Assembly (NCBI RefSeq): GCF_009914755.1
Contig: NC_060932.1
DNA from: the human T2T-CHM13v2.0 reference genome, Homo sapiens
Reading direction: 5' to 3' (one strand)
Length of the DNA: 64,000 nucleotides
Shown: positions 54,024 through 64,000 of the stretch, piece after piece
Position numbering within the stretch: position 1 is the stretch's first letter
How the letters are laid out: each line of letters begins with the position of its first letter
Program-made: the position numbers and the translations under genes
Notes under the pieces: generated by a model
What the model saw: only the letters and a program-made list of their open reading frames with translations
Databases searched by the model: none
What the model was told of the DNA's origin: nothing

Positions 54024-54910
54024 AACCTTCCTATTTTCTAAAGACAATGAACTGTCTAAAAGTCATTGCTTTTGAATCATAAGTTACTTCCCTCACTCTG
54101 CTTATATTATTAGTTGCACAAAACTTTTACCAGATATTTATAAGGATGCCCGAATTAAAGGAACACTGAATGACTTTAATATAAGATCAGGAGTAGGATA
54201 ATGTCTGCAACAGTCAATGAAATTACTAGTCACAGTGGCCCAGACAGGGAAGGGAGGCTGGCACATGTGAGAACATTAGCTATTTGGTCTCAGCTTAAGC
54301 CACAATTGCATAAAAGTATTTATCAAGGCATACATTTTTAGGGGAAATGAGACTTAAATAATATGAGTAAAATATTAATAGCTGCCTCCTCTGGTAAGAC
54401 TATGAATAATTTTATTTTCTTCTGTAAGTCCTAAAGTTTGTATATGTACAGTGGTACCTTTAACAAGTGTCTAAATGAACACACAAACATACACACATAT
54501 AATATCTCAGAGATAGCAAATAAGTGAAAAGGAAATCACAAGAGCCCCCCAGGACCTGCAGGTGAAGGTCAGTGTTCCTAGGCTGATCATTCAAGCATTG
54601 GCTGCCTTGGGCCTTTGTTCTTAGAGGTCACAGATGGAGCCACCATCTTCCTCCTCAGCCCAGTATCTGCCCATTCCTAAAGTGAGTTTCCTAGGATGCA
54701 AGGCTGGAGTCTTTTCTTGGAATGACATTTGTGGGGTTTCCTTTTCCTCACAGGTCAAAATACTAAATTTTATGACTCTCCTAACTTCCTTTCTCCTGAT
54801 GATTCCCACGTATGGCAGGGGAAGGGGGCTTCTGGTGGCATGAGGTGCCCTGGGTCTGACTGCCTCATTCTCCAGCCTTCAGCCTCCCTCTCCACCACCT
54901 ATTTCTCCAG

Positions 54911-54973
54911 GCGGTTCTTCAAGGATATGCCCCACAATGCACTTGACAAGAAGTCCAACTTCGAGCTCCTAGA
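54911..54973 (+). CDS. PTK2B: PTK2B coding exon 5 (aa 184-205)
   Basis: tccag|G; RFFKDMPHNALDKKSNFELLE; GA|gtaagt; 63 nt. Confidence 0.97.
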
Positions 54974-55181
54974 GTAAGTTCTGGGATCACCCATCTCCCC
55001 TCCCTTCCTGTCCTTCCATGTGTACTTTTCCTCCTCACCCTCTCCTCCACCCCTCCCCAGACCAGAGCCACATAGGGCCGTCTCTAGGTCCCAAAGCCCT
55101 CTCACCTCTTCCTGATTGGCCCGCAGTCCTGTGGTGGGGGTGAGGGGGAGTCACATGCTGCCTTTTTCTTCCTTCTTGCAG

Positions 55182-55236
55182 AAAGGAAGTGGGGCTGGAC
55201 TTGTTTTTCCCAAAGCAGATGCAGGAGAACTTAAAG
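55182..55236 (+). CDS. PTK2B: PTK2B coding exon 6 (aa 205-223)
   Basis: ttgcag|A; KEVGLDLFFPKQMQENLK; AAG|gtgagg; 55 nt. Confidence 0.96.
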
Positions 55237-55693
55237 GTGAGGAAACCAATGGGCGAGGACCTCTTCGTGCTGATTCCCGAGACTAGAGTGTAAGGGATGA
55301 GGCTGGGGCTGGGGATACTCAGAGAAGCCAGGGTATCTGCGCGGCCTCGGGCATTTGGACACAGGACCACTAAATGTACCCAGGGGTCCTCTCTGGGGCT
55401 GGGGATCCAACTGTTACATGCCTGGGCTCCGGCTCCGTATCGAGGCCGTATCAGCTCTGCGGCCCCAGTACTGGGAAGCTACCCCTCGCCCCCTCAACCT
55501 CCTTCGTAGGGTTACGGGGAGTCTCCCTTGAGACAATGGGTATGGGTTTTAGGTCATAGATCACAGCTGCTTTTGGGGCAAAGGCCCTGGGGATCATTTT
55601 CGAGCAGTGGGCAGCCTCTCAGCGAGACCCTAAGGGAAGGAGTGAGACCTGGGAGGAGCAGGCATTGCTCACACGGCCCATCCCCTCCCCCAG

Positions 55694-55834
55694 CCCAAAC
55701 AGTTCCGGAAGATGATCCAGCAGACCTTCCAGCAGTACGCCTCGCTCAGGGAGGAGGAGTGCGTCATGAAGTTCTTCAACACTCTCGCCGGCTTCGCCAA
55801 CATCGACCAGGAGACCTACCGCTGTGAACTCATT
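55694..55834 (+). CDS. PTK2B: PTK2B coding exon 7 (aa 224-270)
   Basis: cccag|CCC; PKQFRKMIQQTFQQYASLREEECVMKFFNTLAGFANIDQETYRCELI; ATT|gtaatg; 141 nt. Confidence 0.96.
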
Positions 55835-56215
55835 GTAATGGCGGGCTCTCTTGATCCTCTCCCTGACCTGGATTCCAGGCCTCTCGGAAAAGGGGGCCAG
55901 GAGGGGGCAGGGAGAGGCTGCAATCGCTGCAGATTCTCACTCAGGCAGCAGGACCTCGCTGACCTGCCGTCGGTGGAAGTCAAAAGCATCCCCTTGCCTG
56001 AAGCAGGCACTGAAATGTTGGCCTCCAGCTCTGGGAGGTGGGCAGGACAGGCAAGGTGTCAGGAGGGGAAGATCCATATGGCCAGGGTTTCGGTGAGAAG
56101 GAGCTGGAGACCCAGGAAACAGTGGCTTGTGTCTAGCTTAGGGAGCTTTTCTTCAAGTTTCTGAAGAATGGGGAGGACAGCTCTGGAACAACAGTCCACT
56201 CTCCTTTTATTCCAG

Positions 56216-56290
56216 CAAGGATGGAACATTACTGTGGACCTGGTCATTGGCCCTAAAGGGATCCGCCAGCTGACTAGTCAGGACGCAAAG
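56216..56290 (+). CDS. PTK2B: PTK2B coding exon 8 (aa 271-295)
   Basis: tccag|CAA; QGWNITVDLVIGPKGIRQLTSQDAK; AAG|gtagag; 75 nt. Confidence 0.96.
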
Positions 56291-56724
56291 GTAGAGAGAC
56301 CCGGGGCAGCCCCACCCAGCCCCAGGCGGGGAGGTCGTCCCCTCTCTGCTGCCTCCCGCCCTGTCTGCCCCTTCAGTTCTTCTTGCCCCTGTTGCTGAAA
56401 GCAGAGTTCTTCTAAGGCCATGCCCTGGCGTGAGCAGCAGTGGAGAGCATTTAGAGATGGCAGCATGGGACAGATGGCCCTTTACATCCCTGTGACTGTC
56501 ATCTGCACAGAGGTGGTGGGAGGGGGAGACAAGGCCTCAATGATTACTCGCAGAGCTCAGCAGTGTTGCTCTTTCAGTGACAATATAAGGCATGATTCCC
56601 TTGGAAGTCAGGGGACCTGGGTCCAGTCCTGGCTCCACTGCCAGCTTGGCACATGATGTTGAGCAAGTCCTGGCTTTCTCTAGACCTCATTTTCTCCTTG
56701 GCATAGGGACGGCCTTGGTCTAGA

Positions 56725-56918
56725 TCAAGCCTGTGGTCCCAGGATGGCTTTGAATGCAGCCCACCACAAATTCGTAAACTTTCTTAAAACATGTTGAGAT
56801 TTTTTTGTGCGATTTTTTTTTTTACCTTCATCAAGTAGTGTTAGTGTATTTTATGTGTGGTCCAAGACAATTCTTCTTCCAATGTGGCCCAGGGAAGCCA
56901 AAAGATTGGACACCCCTG
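56725..56918. mobile_element. MER30-like hAT element
   Basis: GGATGGCTTTGAATGC.GCCCA..ACAAATTCGTAAACTTTCTTAAAACAT...GGGAAGCCAAAAGATTGGACACCCCTG. Confidence 0.8.
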
Positions 56919-57077
56919 AACTAGAGGATCCTTCTAGCCTTAATAGTGTTTGATTCTCTCTTCATCTCCCAGAGAAACTCCCAGTTCCTCCTCACCCCGG
57001 CTCCCCCATACTGACCAATCTGCATGGCCTAGTCCTGGTAGTGGGATGGTCTGAAGCTCCCCCTTCTTTTCCCACAG

Positions 57078-57179
57078 CCCACCTGCCTGGCCGAGTTCAA
57101 GCAGATCAGGTCCATCAGGTGCCTCCCGCTGGAGGAGGGCCAGGCAGTACTTCAGCTGGGCATTGAAGGTGCCCCCCAG
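57078..57179 (+). CDS. PTK2B: PTK2B coding exon 9 (aa 296-329)
   Basis: cacag|CCC; PTCLAEFKQIRSIRCLPLEEGQAVLQLGIEGAPQ; CAG|gtgagt; 102 nt (not in the ORF track). Confidence 0.96.
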
Positions 57180-57639
57180 GTGAGTGTCTCTGGGCACTGG
57201 GCACCTGGCAGCTCTGCAGGGGGTATAATGGCAGATTGGGAGCTCTTGCTCAGACCAAAAGTCTGTGACACACAGGAAGCCAGGAGCTTCCTGGCTTTGG
57301 GGATCGTGTTAAGAAAACTGCACCAAGTTCTTAGACAAAAGGTACCAGGATGATGATAAATTGTAGGAAAATTCGGGAAACAATTTTTTTAATGTCAGGA
57401 GAAGAAATTGGGAAGGTTTTCAGGTAGTGGAATGTTCAAGGTGACCAGAAATCAGGTATAAATCACAGGCCTAAGTTATACCAAGAGAACAAGGATGCGG
57501 ACATCAAGACCTCAAAAACATGGGTTTTTTTGTTTGTTTGTTTGTTTGTTTTTTACAGTAAAACACCCAGAGAGACCTCAGGCTGCATCTCTCTCTCCTT
57601 TCACCCATCTGTGCCCTGCCCCATTGCCTCCCCTTCCTC

Positions 57640-57944
57640 TTTCTTTCTTTCTTTCTTTTTTTTAGACAAAGTCTCACTCTGTCACCCAGGCTACAGTGCA
57701 GTGGTGCAATCTCAGCTCACTGTAACCTCCACCTCCACAGTTCAAGAGATTCTCCTGCCTCAGCCTCCTGAGTAGCTGGGACTACAGGTGCATGCCACAA
57801 GGCCCAACTAATTTTTGTACTTTTAGTAGACACAGGGTTTCACCATGTTGGCCAGGCTGGTCTCAAACTCCTGACCTCAGGTGATCTGCCTGCCTCGGCC
57901 TCCTAAAGTGCTGGGATTATAGGCATGAGCCACTGTGCCCAGCC
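57640..57944 (-). mobile_element. Alu (AluS-like), antisense
   Basis: Standard Alu motifs with (TTTC)n tail. Confidence 0.94.
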
Positions 57945-58252
57945 CCCTCTTCCATTTTCTCAGTTTCTGCTTCTATTTATTGAGCACCTACTAGGTACCA
58001 GGCATCGTGCTATGTGCTCAGAGGCCAAAATAAGTGAGGCCTGGGACTGGCCTTTGGAGAGCATGGGCGTACAGGTGAAAGGGGTGACAGAGTGCAGTCT
58101 GGACTCCAGGGCAGGGCCCCAGGAGAGGTGCAGACAGCATTGGCATCCAGGCAAGGGTTGTGGCAGGGGTCCTGCCATCTCTTCTCCAGCCCTGGGGGTG
58201 GTCTCTAGCCAAGGCTCTGGGGTCTCACCCTTGGCTGGTCTCTGCTCCGCAG

Positions 58253-58370
58253 GCCTTGTCCATCAAAACCTCATCCCTAGCAGAGGCTGAGAACATGGCT
58301 GACCTCATAGACGGCTACTGCCGGCTGCAGGGTGAGCACCAAGGCTCTCTCATCATCCATCCTAGGAAAG
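58253..58370 (+). CDS. PTK2B: PTK2B coding exon 10 (aa 330-369, end of FERM)
   Basis: cgcag|GCC; ALSIKTSSLAEAENMADLIDGYCRLQGEHQGSLIIHPRK; AAG|gtgggt; 118 nt. Confidence 0.96.
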
Positions 58371-58910
58371 GTGGGTTCCATTTAAAGGTAAAGTGGCTGG
58401 ACCACGGGTGGCAGCACACCCGAGTCCCCAGAGGCGGAGTGGCAGAAGCTAAGCCACTGATGGATAAGTGAATGAGGATTCTTCCCCCACAGCCCAGCGG
58501 GAAGCTTCCAGTGGGCCCATCTTAGGCTTTAAGCCCTGGCCGGTCCACCTACCCACAGCCCTGCTAATCAAGGTCCACATAGAGGCAGCTTCTGGAGGAG
58601 AGGCGTTTTAGCCCCAGCAAGCTCAAAGCCATTGCTAGTAGAAGGCTGGTCCCGCCTGTGTGTGTCTCCATCTTGGGTCAGATTCAGGAAGCAGGGGTCA
58701 CAGCTGGAGCACGTGAAATCTGGCCTGAGGCAGCCTCCAAGGAGGATTCCACTTCTGGCCCAAGGCCTCACTAGCTCCCAGGCTAGGAGAGAATGGAATT
58801 AGGGGCTGGGATGGGAGGAGAGTCCCTTGTAGGAATAGTGAGGAGGTCAGTCACCCACCCAGGTCCCTGTGTCCCCAGCTCCAACCTCCTCCTTCCTCCT
58901 CTCTTCCTAG

Positions 58911-58950
58911 ATGGTGAGAAGCGGAACAGCCTGCCCCAGATCCCCATGCT
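58911..58950 (+). CDS. PTK2B: PTK2B coding exon 11 (aa 369-382, linker; KRNS375)
   Basis: cctag|AT; DGEKRNSLPQIPML; CT|gtgagt; 40 nt. Confidence 0.94.
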
Positions 58951-59330
58951 GTGAGTACAATGGGGTGCAGAGGACAGGGCCCTGAGCTCAGCCTGTGCTG
59001 CTGAGAGGAATAAGAATAAACTGGGAGTCCCCACCTCCATAGTTTCTGGCTTTCAGGCCCAGGAGAACCCTGAAAAAAGATGATCTTTCCCTCCCAATAA
59101 ATACCTGCAGGAATATTCCTATGCCTTCATGCCACCTGGTGTTATCCTGGGGGGTTGCTGCTGTCCCCCAACTCCAGCCCCCAGCAGCCTGGGCTGTGCT
59201 CCCAGGTCATTGCTAATTTGGACAGACTACTTCTCCACAGGGGGCAGGAGGAGAGGGCGGGCCGAGGCTGCCCAGGGGAACATTACCGGCCTCTGAGCTC
59301 ACCTGGCTTCTGCTCTCTCACCTCCTACAG

Positions 59331-59377
59331 AAACCTGGAGGCCCGGCGGTCCCACCTCTCAGAGAGCTGCAGCATAG
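59331..59377 (+). CDS. PTK2B: PTK2B coding exon 12 (aa 382-398)
   Basis: tacag|A; NLEARRSHLSESCSI; TAG|gtgagc; 47 nt. Confidence 0.94.
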
Positions 59378-59537
59378 GTGAGCTGCCCGCTGCATCCTCC
59401 ACCTGCTCCAGTTGCCTCCCGTCTGCTTGCTCCCCACTGCTTGCTCTCGTGACATTGCCGAGGGTTTCCTCCAAGTGACAGAAAAATGATCCTCTCCCAT
59501 AACTTCTCAGTGATGGCTTTAAAATATCGTGAATTAT

Positions 59538-59828
<291 letters not shown>

Positions 59829-59869
59829 TCATGAGTAGTAATCGCTAGTGTGTATTGAGTACTTAGTAC

Positions 59870-60230
59870 ATGGCTTAAGCAGCTTGGGCTGCCATAACAA
59901 AATACTATAGACTGGGTGGCTTAAAACCAGATACTTTATTGCTCACAGTTCTAGAGGCTGGAAGTCCAAGATCAAGGTGCTGGCTGAGTCTGCATCTGGT
60001 GAGGGCTTTCATCCTCATTTGCAGATAGCTATCCTTTCACTGTGGGCTCACGTGATGAACAGAGAGTTCTGGCCTCTCTTCTTCTGTGTACATGAGCACA
60101 GATCCCATTATGGGGGCTCCACGCTCAGGACTGCACCACCTCCCAAAGGCCCCACCTCCTAATCCCATCGCATTGGGAATTAGGGCTTCAACAAAGGAAT
60201 TTGGGAGGTACACAAACATCCAGTCCTTAA
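59870..60230 (-). mobile_element. MaLR LTR (MLT1A/MST-like), antisense
   Basis: GGGCTGCCATAACAAAATAC.ATAGACTGGGTGGCTTA...GAGGCTGGAAGTCCAAGATCAAGGTGC. Confidence 0.85.
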
Positions 60231-60560
60231 TGGTATTAAACATGCAACAGGTATTATTTGATTCAATCTTTATAGCATCCCCCAATACTCATTTCATAAA
60301 AGGGAAAACTGAGATTAAGGGAGATTAACCAACTTGCCCTAAATAATGCAAATCGGGAAGCAGAGAGCAGGGAGTTCAGCCAAGGTGCCCTGGGCTCTGT
60401 GGCCACTCTAAAACCTGGGCTGGGAGCCCGGGACATGCCTGGCTTCTCCTCCTACCCCCTTGGGCTCCACTGGCCTCCAGCAGGGAGCCCCACACCTGAT
60501 TCCTGGCGGTGCCCACCAAGGGCATCTTGTCCACGGCTGAGCCTCTTCCTGTTGTTCCAG

Positions 60561-60611
60561 AGTCAGACATCTACGCAGAGATTCCCGACGAAACCCTGCG
60601 AAGGCCCGGAG
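60561..60611 (+). CDS. PTK2B: PTK2B coding exon 13 (aa 398-415; Y402 codon at 60572-60574)
   Basis: tccag|AG; ESDIYAEIPDETLRRPG; GAG|gtaggt; 51 nt; YAEI is the known Src-SH2 docking motif. Confidence 0.96.
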
Positions 60612-61040
60612 GTAGGTTCTCGACCCCGCCACAGCGACCGTAGTCAAGGCCCTGTGAAATGACATGGCAAGGACTCTGGTGACACCACAGGGAACATTCT
60701 TTTCCTCCTTTATCCTCCCTTCGTGCTAGACTTAGACAGTGGCAAACCTGAGATGCCTTGGATTTGAAAGCTGAGATTTTTTTTTCTCTCCCTATACTGA
60801 TTGACCTTTTGTGTGCCCATGGAGCTGTGCGGGGATTCTAGTAACGTGGACCTGGGACCTAGCCTTCAGAGGGAGCAGGGTGATGGCTCTTCCCTGGGTC
60901 TGAGACAGTGGAACATTCTAGACCCCCATTTCCCCAGCCCAGTCCCTGGATCTTGGCTGAGGTGTTATAGATCTGGTGACGCCTGGCTTTAGAGCCTGCA
61001 GACACTCAGGTTCCCTAGGGGATACCACCGATCTCTGTGA

Positions 61041-61367
<327 letters not shown>

Positions 61368-61723
61368 TAGCAAAATACCAGGGGTGGAGATATAGGCAGA
61401 ACCTGGAGAAGGGTCAGTATTCTTGGTGGGAGAATACAAAGGGGGAGGCGGGATAAAGACAGTTCTGAGAAAAGGTGAGGCAGGATCTGGAGTTAGTGTC
61501 AAGGCCAGTGATGGGGCAGGGTAAGGCTGACCGCTGTGGTAACGCTTCTAGCAGGCCCAGGGGAAGAAAGAAAGAGGCAGTAAGAATGAAAAATCCAATG
61601 ATAGAGAAAGGCCCAGCCCCCAGGCATGATAATGGCTTGCAGGTGCCTCTGGCTTTGGGCAGGTCACACGGCCCCTCAGTCTCAGTGTCCTCATCTGGAT
61701 GGCCAGGGGCTTGACTCATTTGA

Positions 61724-62035
<312 letters not shown>

Positions 62036-62092
62036 TGAGACCAACCAGGCCTCCAAGATGGGAGGGGCTTCAGCCTGGGAAGAGAGGGGTGA

Positions 62093-62335
<243 letters not shown>

Positions 62336-62414
62336 TGACAACTGGGCTGCAGCATGGGGGGCATTCAGAGCACAGCCCATTCCTCCCAGCTTCCTGACTT
62401 CTGTGTTCCGCTGA

Positions 62415-62699
<285 letters not shown>

Positions 62700-64000
62700 T
62701 AGGGGTGGAGGGAGTGGCCAGCGGTATGGAAGCCAGGCCTTCACCAGATCCTCAAGGCCTCTGGGTAGAAGCAGGGCTTGTGGGTGACACAGAGCAGTGT
62801 TGGAATCCCAGCAATTGGCCCAGCAGCTTTGAGCACTTGAGCAACCTCTCTGACCCTGTGTCCTCATCTGTAAAGTTGCAGGCACTGTATGTACCTCATG
62901 GGGTTGTTACGAGTAACTCTGAAGTCCGAGGTGTCTGTCTATATATCAAGACCTTCTAGCCCCTCCCCTGTGAGTGCCAGGAAATCGCCCCCAACCTTGC
63001 TCAGAGCTTGCTCACCTCCAGCTCCCTGGCTTGGTGGCACATGGCCCAGGAAGAAGGGACTGGGCTGGAGCAGGGCCAAGAAGATCCTGGGGTCCTAGCC
63101 CAGACATCACCCTGGTTGCCGACACCCCTGGGCTGCCAAATCCAAGTCTCCCTGTGGCTGTGGAGTTGGCCCCTGCTTTACCTGGCTTTGTTCCCATTCC
63201 CTGCCATGAGAACCTGACCCCCAAGGGAGTCAGTGGTTGGGCATTACCCACCATTGACATTGGCTCTGTGGCCTTGTGCCTGATTCTATGGAAAGCCACA
63301 TCAGGGGATAAAACCCTGCATTCATTCATTCATTCATTCATCCAACAAATACCATGGAACACCTCTCAGTGCCAGGCAGTGACCTAGGCTCTGGGACAAA
63401 GTCGTGACGAAAACAAGCAAAACTCCTTTTCCTCGTGAAGCTTACTTTCTAGCATGAGAGTCAAACTGGAGACATCAATTGTCAGGACAAAGGTGGTGGG
63501 AGGATAGATTTGTTTCTTTTGTTTGTTTATTTGAAGTGGCCATGCTTTTAAGTCATCATTTCAACTATAAAAACAAACACTAGAGAGTGGAGCCTGCCTG
63601 TGAGAAGCAAGCAGGCAAACTAGTTTGGGGTTGGGAGTGATGGCAAGAACACAGGGTAAACTGAGTCAGCGGTGTGTCTCCTGGGAGGAATGAGAGCTCA
63701 GCTCTGGAGTAGCCTACCTGTGCGACACCCTTTTCCACTGGTGAGCTGCTGGGCAAGTTCCTTCAGCTCTCTGGGTCCGGTCTCCTCCCCTGCACCAGGG
63801 GGGTCTGAGGGTCTCTATGTCATGACTCAGGGTGTGTGAAGCTCTCATGCGATCCTGGTATCCTAAGTGCCCCATCAGAGTTAGCTGTGCTGCCGCTGCC
63901 ACTCCTGCTATACCAAAGACCTAACCAGTCCTGTGGAAATGCAGATGAGAGAGAATACCTGTGTTCAGGGAAGTGGTTGGAGTTTATCCTTGAAGAATCA

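Overview
This is primate, almost certainly human, genomic DNA covering part of PTK2B (PYK2/FAK2, focal adhesion kinase family) on the + strand. The window starts inside the long 5' intron. It contains the ATG exon (CDS from 22414) and 16 further coding exons. All have GT-AG boundaries and join into one continuous 1643-nt reading frame (aa 1-548): FERM domain, linker with the Y402 autophosphorylation site, and the kinase domain up to the HR of HRD. The rest of the gene lies beyond the window. The introns are mostly Alu, L1, L2/MIR, LTR (MER41A, MLT1, LTR16, MER21 and others), DNA transposon fossils (Tigger3, MER1A, MER20, MER30, MER63) and simple repeats. Nearly all other ORFs in the track are spurious. 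I found no convincing new gene or novel biological system. The most interesting observations are: (i) a candidate intronic alternative promoter/first exon with clustered NF-kB-like and RUNX motifs, whose splice junction would create an AUG-stop; (ii) two old, ungapped, locally templated duplications (one direct inside a Tigger3, one inverted); (iii) a uORF in the ATG exon; (iv) an in-frame cryptic donor at the end of the FERM domain; (v) a multi-level nested transposon stack. Repeat subfamily names come from memory of consensus sequences, and repeat boundaries are approximate.
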